A stretch of 64,000 bases of DNA. Origin: Octopus vulgaris. Lineage: Eukaryota. Location of the stretch: NCBI GenBank assembly GCA_951406725.2, contig OX597817.1:35774001-35838000 (forward strand). Reading direction: 5' to 3'. Shown one piece after another: positions 48,953 through 62,779 of this stretch (the first letter of the stretch is position 1; each line of letters opens with the position of its first letter). A program made the position numbers and the translations under genes. The notes beneath the pieces are model-generated. The model saw only the letters and a program-made list of their open reading frames with translations. It was not told the origin of the DNA and searched no databases.

Positions 48953-50668
48953 TAACTGAATGAAAAAAAAAAGTACATACTAAATATTAGTAACTCAACA
49001 TACTTAACAACAATGAGGTCGTTGCCAAACAAAACATTCGAGCAAGGTCATTGCCAGTGCCGCTGGACTGACTCCTGTACAGGTGGCACATAAAAAACAC
49101 CATTTCGAGCGTGGCCATTGCCAGTACAGCCAGACTGGCCCTCGTGCTGGTGGCACGTAAAAGCCCTCACTACACTCTCGGAGTGGTTTGGCGTTAGGAA
49201 TGGCGTCCAGCTGTAGAAACTCTGCCAGATCAGATTGGAGCCTGGTGCAGCCATCTGGTTTGCCAGTCTTCAGTCAAATCGTCCAACCTATGCTAGCATA
49301 GAAAGCGGATGTTAAATGATGATGACTATGAATACTTGGTACTTTCTTTGAATAGACAAAACCTCAGTCCTGAAATGAAGTAACAACATGATTATAGAGA
49401 GTATCACTCAAATATGTTTGTGATGGAACATCACCTCTAATGAGTTCTATACTTGATTACGACTGAAGAGAAGAACTATTCCAATTTACCGACAAAACTT
49501 GCCTTCTGTAATGTCTTCTATCTGATTCTTTTACTGTTATCATTAAGTAATCACATAATATTGAGAATGCGATCCTGAAATTCCTAGCTGTTTTCTTTCC
49601 CATTCTTTAAACTGTTTGCTGCATCTCGCCTTTCAATTGTATCCTTTTTTTGTTTCCCCATAAGCATTTTCTCCCTTAAAATATTTTACCTATCAACTCA
49701 TTGAAAACCACCCTTCCTTTTCTCATCCAGAATCCTTTTACAGACTTTATATTTAAATTTAAACTCAATTATATGCAAGAACATGTTTTAATTTCAAATT
49801 CCAAATTAATAATTTTGGATTATTTTCAAAAGCAATTCAAATATTTCATAAGAAATATGGTCAAAAAAGTGTTAAGCTGTTTGTGAGACATTTTCCATTT
49901 ATTCCTTCATTTCAATAATTCTTTGTATGTATCGTATCTTCCATATATTTTCCAAAAGCACTAACATTTATTGATTTTGTGTCTTCCAGTTTTTTTTTTC
50001 CATAAGCATTAACATTCAATATTTACAACATTGAGTTAATGACATCAGTCATGTTCAAAAAAAAAAAATTGTTTAGATTTTAAGATTGAGAAGTAGCAGA
50101 ATTGGTAAAATGTCAAATGAAATATCTTGTGGTACATATTCATCTCTTTACATTCCAAGTTCAGATCCTGCTGGTGCCAGGTTAAATAAAATAAGTACCT
50201 GTCACATATTGAGTCAATTAAATTGACTATATCCTTTCCTGTAAATCTGAAGCAAGGTCTGCTACAAATTATTGGCAGAATTGTTCGAACATTGTAAAAA
50301 AATGTAGTCTGGTTTTCTTCCTGCATTTTATTGATCTGAGTTCAAATTCCACCAAGGTCACCTTTGTCTTTTATCCCTCTAGGATCAAGTATCAATCAAG
50401 TTCTGAAATCAACAATATCTGCTAACCCACTCCTTTTAAAAATGCTAGTTTTGTGCTTAAATTAGAAACAATTGGTGAGCCGACAGAATGGTTAGCACAC
50501 TGGGTAAAATCCTTAGTGGCATTTCATCTTTACAGTCTGTGTTAAGTGCCGCTGAGGGTGACTTTGCTTTTCATCCCTTTTGAGGTTGATAATATAAGTA
50601 CCAGTTGATGTAATCAACTTACTCCCTTCCTAAAACTGCTGGCCTGGCTTTGTGCCAAAATTTGAAAC

Positions 50669-50729
<61 letters not shown>

Positions 50730-50730
<1 letters not shown>

Positions 50731-51332
50731 TATGTTTGACTTGTGCTTTATATTTGCACAAGTTGGCTCCAAGTCTCACCCAGAGACCTCAAGTGACAAC
50801 AAGTTGGAAGTTCATGTTGGTGTTATGCCTAGTGTGCCATATATTTGGCTTTGTACTTAGTGTTGTACTAGTGAATGTCTAAAAAAAAACAAAAAAAAAC
50901 CGAAAATTATGTTTGTTTTAAAACTTGAGATCACATAGAAAGTATTTTGCGTAGGATATGAGCAGTTCCCATGAGCACTATCCTTTAAATTTCTGTCATT
51001 TTGGGGTTTCCTGGTATCTGAGTTAGGTAGCAATCAGCCCCTTTTGCTATCATTCCCAGGGCACCTATGACAACAGGTATTGTTTTAGTCTTCAGGTTCC
51101 ACATTTTGCTGATTTCTATTTCAAGATCTTTATATTTGCTCAGTTTTTGGTAGGTCTTGACAGATATTTTTATATCGATTGGGACAGTCATATCAATGAG
51201 GAGGCATGTTCTTTGTTTGAAGTCTTTCAATATGATGTCTGGCCTATTTGCATCTATTTTTCTGCCAGTTTGAATGGGGAAGTTCCAGAGGAGTGAGATG
51301 TGGTCATTTTCGAGCTTTGTCAACATCTGCAT
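50730..51332 (-). mobile_element. 3' end of an R4/Dong-like non-LTR element (RLE endonuclease and 3' UTR) inserted in (TAA)n
   Basis: LWNFPIQT...NRPDII...LIDMTVP...KLSKYKDL...IPVVIGALG; abuts a (TTA)20 tract. Confidence 0.88.
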
Positions 51333-52175
51333 TATTCGCTCTCTTTAGGTATTTGCTATAGAGAGGTTTTTTCTTGTCATTTATCATTCAGAATATCTAA
51401 GGCAGCAGTTTTAGCATGGGTTTTCATGCATTTAGCTTTTTCTGTGCTTGTTTCTTTATTATTATTATTATTATTATTATTATTGAGTGAGAGAGAAGTG
51501 CATGCCATCAAAGTGACACTGGGGTAAAATATATGAAGCCCAGTATACCCATCATGACTACCTGTTTGATAAGGGTACACCAGGCACATGCATCACAACC
51601 ATATGTGTGCAACATGGTGATCTCATATCAAGATAAACAGCACATGACCTTGCAGGTGGGGCCCAGTTAGAATTTTCTTCTGGTCGAGTAGCCCATCCTG
51701 CTCAAAAGATCCCTGAATAAGGATTGTTTAAGGATGTTGAAAGAACCACCCATGTTTCCAAAGGTGAATTATCCAAACCTCCAAGAATTCCTTTCTCACA
51801 TGGCTATGATGCTCCCCCGCTAGTTCTACTCATGGTCGGAGATGCACATATCATCAGCCACTAAGGGACATGGTCAACTGGTTAAGGTCAAACAACTGAC
51901 AAGCAAATCTGTGGTATTGAGCAGAATACTTGCTGTAGCCCATCTTTTATACCGAGGCAATTATTATTATTATTATTATTATTCAGTAGTTTTATTTTTA
52001 TAGCGTGCATTCACTTCACTACCGAGCGCAGCTCTGTGTGCCTTGGGTATGTGCTGTGATTTGTTGTGATGTTCTGATGGTTATTGTATGGAAAATGTTC
52101 TGCGTAGGATGTGTGCAGTGCCTAGTAGTGCAATTTTCTGTATGTTATATGTGTTTGTAAGTCCTAGTGTTTTTG

Positions 52176-52275
52176 NNNNNNNNNNNNNNNNNNNNNNNNN
52201 NNNNNNNNNNNNNNNNNNNNNNNNNNNNNNNNNNNNNNNNNNNNNNNNNNNNNNNNNNNNNNNNNNNNNNNNNNN
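52176..52275. other. assembly gap (100 N)
   Basis: Run of n. Confidence 1.
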
Positions 52276-54783
52276 TAGTTGTTGTTGCTGTTTTTGTTGT
52301 TATTTAGTTTCAAGTCAACCCTTCATCAAGCTGACCTTGGATGAGAGGCATTCAAGCTATGGCCTCTCTCTCTCTCTTTTACTCTTTTACTTGTTTCAGT
52401 CATTTGACTGCGGCCATGATGGAGCACCACCTTTAGTCGATAAAATCGACCCCAGGACTTATTCTTTGTAAGCCTAGTACTTACTCTATCAGTCTCTTTT
52501 TGCCAAACTGCTAAGTTATGGGGATGTAAACACACCAGCATCGGTTGTCAAGCGATGTTGGGGGAGGGCGCAAATACAGACACACAAACATACACACATA
52601 TATATATACATATATACGACGGGCTTCTTTCAGTTTCTGTCTACCAAATCCACTCACAAGGTTTTGGTTGGCCCGAGGCTAAAGTAGAAAACACTTGCCC
52701 AATTAGCCATGCAGTGGGACCATGTTGTGGGTAAGCAAGCTACTTACCACACAGCCACTCCTGCGCTATTAATTTTCTAATTATTTTTTTCTGGAATAAT
52801 GTATCTCAGGTTAAAAAATCCAGTGTATTCTTCTTTTAGGATGATAGGGTGTGTTTCAAGGGAGATTTTGCTGTTATTTCTAGAAGGTTGAGCAAGTATG
52901 CAAAAGCTCCTTCATTGGCTTGACTATGATTTAGTTAACAAGGGCAGCGAGCTGTAGATACTGTTGTGCTAGACTAAATAGCATCAACTATTCAATCGCA
53001 TTCAAATTTTATATTCTGCATTAAAATCCTGTTGGAATTAACTATTCCTATAATCCTCTTTCTAGCAAAAAGAAATTAAGCATTGAGAAGGGTCGGTCAG
53101 AGTCTAATCAGGAATATCTGCGTCTGTACACAAATTTACTTTATGTCTAGTTAAAAGAAATTTTCAATCCACTTAACAGATTCTTGAATTCTGATGAGAA
53201 GTCAATAATCAAAAACACCATATTTATTTGAGTTTAATACATACAATACATACCCATAATTTTGGGCAATGAAATTCCAGAGAAAAATATGCACTAAATT
53301 TTTCTTAGTATTACAATATATGTGGAGGCACGTGGCTTAGTGGTTAGGGTGTAAGCACCATGATCGTAAGATTGTGGTTTCGATTCCTGGACCGGGCAAC
53401 GGGTTGTATTCTTGAGCAAAACACTTCATTTCACGTTGCTCCAGTCCACTCAGCTGGCAAAAATGAGTAACGCTGCGATGTACTGACATCCCGTCCAGCT
53501 GGGGAACACATACGTCATAGAAACCGGGAAATTAGGCCCATGGGCCTCACTAGGCTTTAAAAAAGTGCGCATTTTTAAAGATTTTATTACAATATATGGA
53601 AAAGGAATTGTTTAGTCTCATTTATTATAAGTTCCCTGTCTAAATTACACAGTAACAGTTCTCATGCCCCAAATAAAACAAAAAGCAGATTTGAAAGTGA
53701 TATTTGAATTTACTAGTGTAGACTGTAAAAGTGCACATGCTGAAAATTTAACATTGTAAAAATCACAGAATCATGTTTTGTTTTTTTGTTTTTTTTTTCT
53801 CCAGAAAATCAATTTATTTCGAAAATCATGTTGTACTTTCATTTTTACTCAATTTTACAATTTAATTTGCACAGTGATGCATACATCACTAACCATGTTG
53901 TCTCAGGAGAACAAAATATTTTTGTTTAAGCATGCATTTTTTTATTAAATTCCCCTAACTTTATTATTTTTATTATTTTTTACAGTCTCTTGATTTTCAT
54001 TTTGGACATCTGGCAAATGTTTTTAATTTAAAATTGTTTTTCAAAATTGAAAAAAATTAAATCTGAATCTTTATAAATTGAAGCACATTTTAAATTTTTT
54101 CTACATTTAAGGACATAATAGGAATAGATATTGCCTATTTTTAGTACAAATGTATGTCAAAATAATGGAGGTGGCATGAACCCAGCCTGCTCTGAAGAGC
54201 TGAGGCCTTTACAGAAGCAGTAGAAAATGGCTGAGAGAGGAAACAATGTGCCTTTGGGTCAGAGTCTTTAGTGTGTCTGTCAGTGGCATTATTTAGTATT
54301 GACTGCAAATACAATAAATGAATCTAATAAATAAATGTGTATTGGTAACTAGGAGTATAAATGAGCTAAACTAGGGTAAGGTTCTTTCCTACCTACCAGA
54401 TTACTGTATTTATTTTGAGATGCTCTGTGTTTCTCTCAATTGTTTTAGATATAACAAAGAACTTAGTAAAATAACTTAGTTATCATTAAGCTCGTGTTAG
54501 GAACATAAATTGGGACTAAGGTTTGGTGGAAGATTTTAATACAAAACTTATGAAAGCAAGACATTTGTACTACAGGGCTACAGCCGGGTTGGTAATGAAA
54601 GGGTTAAAGCTAATAAAGTACTTTTTTTGATTAATCATGTTAGATTATGAGCTCACAAACAGGAAAATGTGAAAAAATCATAATCTGTGTGATTTTAATT
54701 AGATAATTTAGGTAAAGGATTTCAGGTAAAACTTAAAAAAGATAGTGAAATTATTTAGTACTTTACATAACTTATATAATTTA

Positions 54784-55575
54784 CTAGCAGCATAGCCCGA
54801 CGTTGCCCGGGTATGTAAGAGCCCCTAGTAGGCAACGACTAATCCCAATCTAGTCCTTTCCCTCTAGGGAACGAAGGCGCATGTGTAGGTTGCAATGTCT
54901 TCTCTTCACTCCCAAATAACTATCAAACAGTTATCGATAATTCAACCCAACCAATTCCTACCAGGAAGAAATTACATTCGAGACTTTACTCCCAACACTT
55001 CTGCTAATAGCTGCTGCAGCCGCAAGTTATTCGAATACTTTTTTTGTTTATACTTTCTTTATAACTACCACCCCAAACGTTTTACCTTAAATTTTTGACG
55101 TACCCTAAGGGTCCTCGGACGCTACTTGCAAACTCTTGGTTTATTATAAACCGCTTTTGTCGTGTGCACCAAAAAACCTTTTCCATTCGTTTGTTCAGTT
55201 TGGTCACCTTTGACTTTTTCGTTGTTGTCACTCACATTGCTGCCCACTTTTTTGCCGTTTTTGTACATTTTTATACATTTTGGGATACTTATCCCACGTG
55301 TTCCGAGAGTTAAAAAGGTCGAGTTGCGTTCCCTAGACAGTCTGCAGAAAATGTGTTGCATATAAAAAGCTTAGATTCTCGACCCATGTCGAATTTATCG
55401 ATTTTTTTCAGAACCGGGGGAACTTTTCAAAATTTTCGCTGCGTTAGTTTTGAATTATGACATTGGGCTATGTGTGTGTCAAGTTTCATCAGAATCGGTT
55501 GAAAGCCGTGGTCAGGGTGAGGGTACAACCTGACAGACACACAGACAGACAAACTGCCGTTTATATATAGAGAGA
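54784..55575 (-). mobile_element. non-autonomous Helitron (duplicate of 48161)
   Basis: Same termini as the 48161 copy. Confidence 0.85.
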
Positions 55576-57288
55576 TAACTGAATGAAAAAAAAAGTACAT
55601 ACTAAATATTAGTAACTCAACATACTTAACAACAATGAGGTCGTTGCCAAACAAAACATTCGAGCAAGGTCATTGCCAGTGCCGCTGGACTGACTCCTGT
55701 ACAGGTGGCACATAAAAAACACCATTTCGAGCGTGGCCATTGCCAGTACAGCCAGACTGGCCCTCGTGCTGGTGGCACGTAAAAGCCCTCACTACACTCT
55801 CGGAGTGGTTGGCGTTAGGAATGGCGTCCAGCTGTAGAAACTCTGCCAGATCAGATTGGAGCCTGGTGCAGCCATCTGGTTTGCCAGTCTTCAGTCAAAT
55901 CGTCCAACCTATGCTAGCATAGAAAGCGGATGTTAAATGATGATGACTATGAATACTTGGTACTTTCTTTGAATAGACAAAACCTCAGTCCTGAAATGAA
56001 GTAACAACATGATTATAGAGAGTATCACTCAAATATGTTTGTGATGGAACATCACCTCTAATGAGTTCTATACTTGATTACGACTGAAGAGAAGAACTAT
56101 TCAATTTACCGACAAAACTTGCCTTCTGTAATGTCTTCTATCTGATTCTTTTACTGTTATCATAAGTAATCACATAATATTGAGAATGCGATCCTGAAAT
56201 TCCTAGCTGTTTTCTTTCCCATTCTTTAAACTGTTTGCTGCATTCGTCTTTCAATTGTATCCTTTTTTTGTTTCCCCATAAGCATTTTCTCCCTTAAAAT
56301 ATTTTACCTATCAACTCATTGAAAACCACCCTTCCTTTTCTCATCCAGAATCCTTTTACAGACTTTATATTTAAATTTAAACTCAATTATATGCAAGAAC
56401 ATGTTTTAATTTCAAATTCCAAATTAATAATTTTGGATTATTTTCAAAAGCAATTCAAATATTTCATAAGAAATATGGTCACAAAAGTGTTAAGCTGTTT
56501 GTGAGACATTTTCCATTTATTCCTTCATTTCAATAATTCTTTGTATGTATCGTATCTTCCATATATTTTCCAAAAGCACTAACATTTATTGATTTTGTGT
56601 CTTCCAGTTTTTTTTTTCCATAAGCATTAACATTCAATATTTACAACATTGAGTTAATGACATCAGTCATGTTCAAAAAAAAAAAAAATTGTTTAGATTT
56701 TAAGATTGAGAAGTAGCAGAATTGGTAAAATGTCAAATGAAATATCTTGTGGTACATATTCATCTCTTTACATTCCAAGTTCAGATCCTGCTGGTGCCAG
56801 GTTAAATAAAATAAGTACCTGTCACATATTGAGTCAATTAAATTGACTATATCCTTTCCTGTAAATCTGAAGCAAGGTCTGCTACAAATTATTGGCAGAA
56901 TTGTTCGAACATTGTAAAAAAATGTAGTCTGGTTTTCTTCCTGCATTTTATTGATCTGAGTTCAAATTCCACCAAGGTCACCTTTGTCTTTTATCCCTCT
57001 AGGATCAAGTATCAATCAAGTTCTGAAATCAACAATATCTGCTAACCCACTCCTTTTAAAAATGCTAGTTTTGTGCTTAAATTAGAAACAATTGGTGAGC
57101 CGACAGAATGGTTAGCACACTGGGTAAAATCCTTAGTGGCATTTCATCTTTACAGTCTGTGTTAAGTGCCGCTGAGGGTGACTTTGCTTTTCATCCCTTT
57201 TGAGGTTGATAATATAAGTACCAGTTGATGTAATCAACTTACTCCCTTCCTAAAACTGCTGGCCTGGCTTTGTGCCAAAATTTGAAAC

Positions 57289-57349
<61 letters not shown>

Positions 57350-57350
<1 letters not shown>

Positions 57351-57949
57351 TATGTTTGACTTGTGCTTTATATTTGCACAAGTTGGCTCCAAGTCTCACC
57401 CAGAGACCTCAAGTGACAAGTTGGAAGTTCATGTTGGCGTTATGCCTAGTGTGCCATATATTTGGCTTTGTACTTAGTGTTGTACTAGTGAATGTCTAAA
57501 AAAAAACAAAAAAAAAACGAAAATTATGTTTGTTTTAAAACTTGAGATCACATAGAAAGTATTTTGCGTAGGATATGAGCAGTTCCCATGAGCACTATCC
57601 TTTAAATTTCTGTCATTTTGGGGTTTCCTGGTATCTGAGTTAGGTAGCAATCAGCCCCTTTTGCTATCATTCCCAGGGCACCTATGACAACAGGTATTGT
57701 TTTAGTCTTCAGGTTCCACATTTTGCTGATTTCTATTTCAAGATCTTTATATTTGCTCAGTTTTTGGTAGGTCTTGACAGATATTTTTATATCGATTGGG
57801 ACAGTCATATCAATGAGGAGGCATGTTCTTTGTTTGAAGTCTTTCAATATGATGTCTGGCCTATTTGCATCTATTTTTCTGCCAGTTTGAATGGGGAAGT
57901 TCCAGAGGAGTGAGATGTGGTCATTTTCGAGCTTTGTCAACATCTGCAT
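57350..57949 (-). mobile_element. R4/Dong-like RLE fragment (duplicate of 50730)
   Basis: Identical 115-aa ORF. Confidence 0.88.
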
Positions 57950-58599
57950 TATTCGCTCTCTTTAGGTATTTGCTATAGAGAGGTTTTTTCTTGTCATTTA
58001 TCATTCAGAATATCTAAGGCAGCAGTTTTAGCATGGGTTTTCATGCGTTTAGCTTTTTCTGTGCTTGTTTCTTTTTTATTATTATTATTATTATTATTAT
58101 TGAGTGAGAGAGCAGTGCATGCCATCAAAGTGACACTGGGGTAAAATATATGAAGCCCAGTATACCCATCATGACTACCTGTTTGATAAGGGTACACCAG
58201 GCACATGCATCACAACCATATGTGTGCAACATGGTGATCTCATATCAAGATAAACAGCACATGACCTTGCAGGTGGGGCCCAGTTAGAATTTTCTTCTGG
58301 TCGAGTAGCCCATCCTGCTCAAAAGATCCCTGAATAAGGATTGTTTAAGGATGTTGAAAGAACCACCCATGTTTCCAAAGGTGAATTATCCAAACCTCCA
58401 AGAATTCCTTTCTCACATGGCTATGATGCTCCCCCGCTAGTTCTACTCATGGTCGGAGATGCACATATCATCAGCCACTAAGGGACATGGTCAACTGGTT
58501 AAGGTCAAACAACTGACAAGCAAATCTGTGGTATTGAGCAGAATACTTGCTGTAGCCCATCTTTTATACCGAGGCAATTATTATTATTATTATTATTAT

Positions 58600-58805
58600 T
58601 CAGTAGTTTTATTTTTATAGCGTGCATTCACTTCACTACCGAGCGCAGCTCTGTGTGCCTTGGGTATGTGCTGTGATTTGTTGTGATGTTCTGATGGTTA
58701 TTGTATGGAAAATGTTCTGCGTAGGATGTGTGCAGTGCCTAGTAGTGCAATTTTCTGTATGTTATATGTGTTTGTAAGTCCTAGTGTTTTTGTTATGTAT
58801 TTGTC
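58600..58805 (-). mobile_element. extreme 3' end of a second R4/Dong-like family between (TTA)n tracts (also about 51984-52175)
   Basis: Minus translation ...NIQKIALLGTAHILRRTFSIQ*. Confidence 0.8.
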
Positions 58806-58847
<42 letters not shown>

Positions 58848-59389
58848 TTGTTATTATTATTATTATTATTAATTATTATTATTATTACTATTATTATTAT
58901 TATTAATTATAAGAAGGGCATTGGATTGGTAGAAGAAACATTAGAACATTAAACAAATGCTGACTGCTTTCTGCTCTGAAACTTCAGACCTTGTGTCCTT
59001 GTTATAACATTGTTATTGCATTGGATTGTCAAAATTGTTGCAGTATTTAGTTACAGCTCTCTACATTCTGAGTTCAAATCTCCCTAGGGCCAACCTAACT
59101 TTCCCCCTTCCAGGCTTGATAAAACGGATTACCAGTCAAATATTAAAACTTGTATAATAAACCCCTCTTCTAAAAACTTGAGGCTTTGTACCAGTGTTAT
59201 AATATATATATATATTTTTTTTATTATAACTGTTACAGACTAAATTAGTTTGCTGGGATGTTGTCTTGAGGTTTGGTAACAAGTTTTCCTCAAATCTCAA
59301 GAATTGTTCTTAAGATTTTTGCAGAATACAAGGTTACACTTTTCTGCTGGCCAACAATGAAAGTCTCAATACTAATCTCTTTCAGTCTC

Positions 59390-60680
59390 TTAGCAGTTTG
59401 AATACTGTGCAAAATGCACCAATTACCACAAAAATATTAGTTATCTTAGTCTTTCACAATCTCTCTGTTTAAGTCCTGATAATTCTCAATTTTTTTAGTT
59501 TCTTTGTTATCACTGTTATCATATGGTATTGCAAAGTCTATGATCTTACACTGTTTCTTTTGACTTCTATAATCATATCTGATTTTCTTGATTTAGTTAT
59601 ATAAACAGTCTTTACTGGGAATTCATATAAAATCTTGTAATACTTATTCTCTGTCAGAGCCTCTGGTTTGTATTCATATCATTTTTCTACTATTTTGAAG
59701 CCACATGCTCAGTTAACACCTCAATGCACTCTTTTACCTACACAGTCATGTCTGTAACTATACTCTTTTTGTGTTAGCTTACTGCATTCATTCAAGAGAT
59801 AGTTAATACTTATTATTATTATTTTATCCTAACTTCTGAGTTATTCATGTCACATCTCAGCTCCATTCTGCAGCTTAGAGATGCAACACTTTTCTCAACA
59901 TGTGCTATTCCAAGTATTGCCGTCTATTCTGTACTTCCTATGAAGTTTGATATTTGCAGCTTTTGATGTCAGAATATTGCTTTCTTTGAGATGGTCCCAA
60001 CTGCACTGATCACAATAGGTATCACATTCACTTTTGAAGAAGTATGGATGCACTTCACTTCCAATGCTTGGTCTTGGTACTTGCTGACTTTCTCATCCTC
60101 CTTCTTCACTATATTTTGGTCTGCAGATATAGCTATATCAATGAAGGTCCTTTCTTTGAACTCCTTCCATAGGAGAATGATATCTGGCCAAGTTATGCTG
60201 CAGATCTTATTTGTGTTGATTGACATATCCCATCTGAGTTTCACTTGATCATTCTCTGCTACTAGCAAAGGTTGGTACACACACCACTTGGAACATTCTA
60301 GTCCATGCTTCCTGCACAACTCCCAGTGTATTCACACTGCCACTTTGCCATGGCATTTTTTGTACCACTTTCAAGTCAGCTTTGAGCATCCACTAATTAT
60401 ATGTCTCACTGTGTCAGATGATTTTTCACATAATCTACACAAAAGTGATACTGCTGTCTTATCAATGGTACACTCAAATGAGCTGGTTCTTAAAGCTTGT
60501 TCTTGAGCAACAAGAATCAGTCCTTTTGTCTCCCTCTTAAAAAAACCCATGTCTTTACTATTTCCAGGATTCTTCAGCTTCATCTGATGTTTGCTGAAAA
60601 AACTCTCCATGTAGAACTTCATCTTCCCTGTTGAAGATCTTTTCTCCATTAGTCATCATTTTGTGTTCCTTGAGGATCTC
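59390..60680 (-). mobile_element. two adjacent decayed R4/Dong-like fragments (Zn knuckle and RLE)
   Basis: AQEQALRT...CRLC...TVRHIISGCSKL and WDMSI...PDII...IDIAI...KVSKYQD...IPIVISAVG; a further degenerate copy at about 59390-59810. Confidence 0.8.
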
Positions 60681-60927
60681 ACCATGGTCACTGATCCCCT
60701 CACTGGTGGAATTTATCAAAGAATAAGTTAAAAAAATAAGTTAAAAAGTGATGTACCTTTGATGTGTAGAGCAATATGGTCTCTATTTTCTGTGACAAAA
60801 TATGTGGGAGTATTTGCCTGGGTGACAGGTTGGATTGGTATGTCAAACATCTGTCCAAGTGCTAGGTTAGTTAGCAGAACACAAGAGTCACAGGCAAAAT
60901 TATCACAGTGATATTTACTCCTTGCTA

Positions 60928-61162
60928 AGGCAGTGAGCTGGTAGAAACGTTAGTATGCTGGGTGAAATGCCTAGCAGAATTTCGTCTTCCACTACGTTCT
61001 GAGTTCAAATTCCTCCGAAGTCGACTTTGCTTTTCATACTTTCGGGGTCGATTAAATAAGTACCATTTACACACTGGGGTTGATGTAATCGACTTAATCC
61101 ATTAGTCTGTCCTTGTTTATCCCCTCTGTGTTTAGTTCCTTGTGGGTAGTAAAGAAATAGAT
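60928..61162 (+). mobile_element. Meta/MESC-like SINE with TSD
   Basis: Flanked by the direct repeat gatatttactccttgct. Confidence 0.9.
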
Positions 61163-61239
61163 ATTTACTCCTTGCTTCTCACTCGTGCAATGTGAACAGG
61201 AAGTAATTGTAGAGGTAACTGATATGTGGTCAGGTAGGG

Positions 61240-61560
61240 CCATTAGGGATATACAACTCTTAATGACCTTTGAAAACCACATGGTCATTTCAGAGATGTG
61301 CCCTGTTTTGCGCATGGAAAATAAAACAATAAGATAAGCAGTCGGGAGTAGAAAGCTTAGATGCTACATTTGTGGCAGTAACAGCCACCTGAGGGCTTTC
61401 TATCTGAGGAACTGGAAAAGCAAAAGAAAAGAGAAAGAAAGAAGAGCAGTAGAAGAACTGGCAACAGCAATAACAGCAGGTTGTGAAGGAAGCTGTTTCA
61501 ACAGTATCTTCACCTACACTACCAGTTGCATCTCAAGAATGGTGAAAAAGCTTACCTTGT
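61240..61560 (+). mobile_element. possible decayed LTR-retrotransposon gag fragment
   Basis: RCYICGSNSHLRAFY at 61359-61403 fits CX2CX4HX4C with the last Cys mutated; a degenerate GH..RD..P knuckle lies upstream. Confidence 0.4.
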
Positions 61561-62189
61561 CTTCAGGATAACTAGAAATCCTCTTTGCTGGCCACCACGA
61601 ATAGCAGATGACTTGTGATGATGGGGAACAAATGGAGGCTAAAAAGGAATGACAAACCATCATGGAAAGAAAGTGAAATATAAAATATTTACAGAAAAGA
61701 ATTGTTGAGCATAAGCAAAAAGCATGTGAATATATGAAGAAGCCTCATCTTTATGAGACAATATAAGATGGATAATCATGTAATTGAGTAATATGACACT
61801 AAGATCAGTGTCCAGTTGAGGAGGGCCTTGTCTTGTTAGTTGCTTGGTGACCTCACAAGTGCTGGTGCCAGATAAAAAGCACTCAGCAATCACTGTACAG
61901 TTGTTGGTATGAGGAAGAGACATTCAACCATAGAAACCGTGTTAAAGTTGACATTGGAGTTTGGTGCAGTCCTCTAGCTTGCCAGCACCTGTTGAACTGT
62001 AAACCCATATCAGCATGGAAAACAGACATTAAATGATGATGAGGATGAGGATTATGATGATGATGATGATGTATAAATATGCCCATGTGTATGAATATTG
62101 TATAATGTCTTTGTATCTCTTCTTGTTTTATGTATAACTTCGTTCTATCCATTCCCATGCATATTGGGACCCCTACGTGTAGGTTTTTA

Positions 62190-62478
62190 TTGTATGCCGA
62201 AGCCAGTGCCGCCTCGACTGGCTTCCGTGCAGGTGGCACGTAAAATGCACCAATCCGACCGTGGCCGATGCCAGCCTCGCCTGGCACCAGTGCAGATGGC
62301 ACATAAAAAGCACCCACTACACTCACGGAGTGGTTGGCGTTAGGAAGGGCATCCAGCTGTAGAAACATTGCCAGATAAGACCGGAGCCTGGTGCAGCCTT
62401 CTGGCTTCCCAGATCCCCGGTTGAACCGTCCAACCCATGCTAGCATGGAGAACGGACGTTAAACGATGATGATGATGA
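62190..62478 (+). mobile_element. (GAT)n-tailed SINE
   Basis: Family motif and tail present. Confidence 0.88.
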
Positions 62479-62779
62479 TAATGACAGGCAGTGGTGTATT
62501 AATAAAGATATAATCATCATTATTAATTTTCAAACATTAATATCTGGAGGAAATAGTAATTATGTCTACATTTTTCTTTGCTTTTATTAGAGAGAAGTGG
62601 TAATATGTATGTTAATGGCAACAGCTGGATATTCCATACTGCAGATAACATACATGATAATGTTAACTATGAAATCATTGAACCAGATTTTAAGTGAGAT
62701 TGTTGAATGTCTGTGTTTATGTATGTAAGGAATGTGTACCCATGGAACCTTAATTGTTTTGTTGTGTGATTTCCACAGG

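Larger units (their letters stand above)
45646..52175 (+). repeat. copy 1 of an about 6.5-kb near-identical direct duplication
   Basis: Matches 52276-58792; ends at the N gap. Confidence 0.95.
52276..58792 (+). repeat. copy 2 of the about 6.5-kb duplication
   Basis: Begins right after the gap; same order of elements as copy 1. Confidence 0.95.

Noticed and set aside
61468-61515. Minus-strand TGAAGA...GAAACAGCT hammerhead-like string
   Set aside because: Core lacks C3, stem II is not credible and there is no stem I
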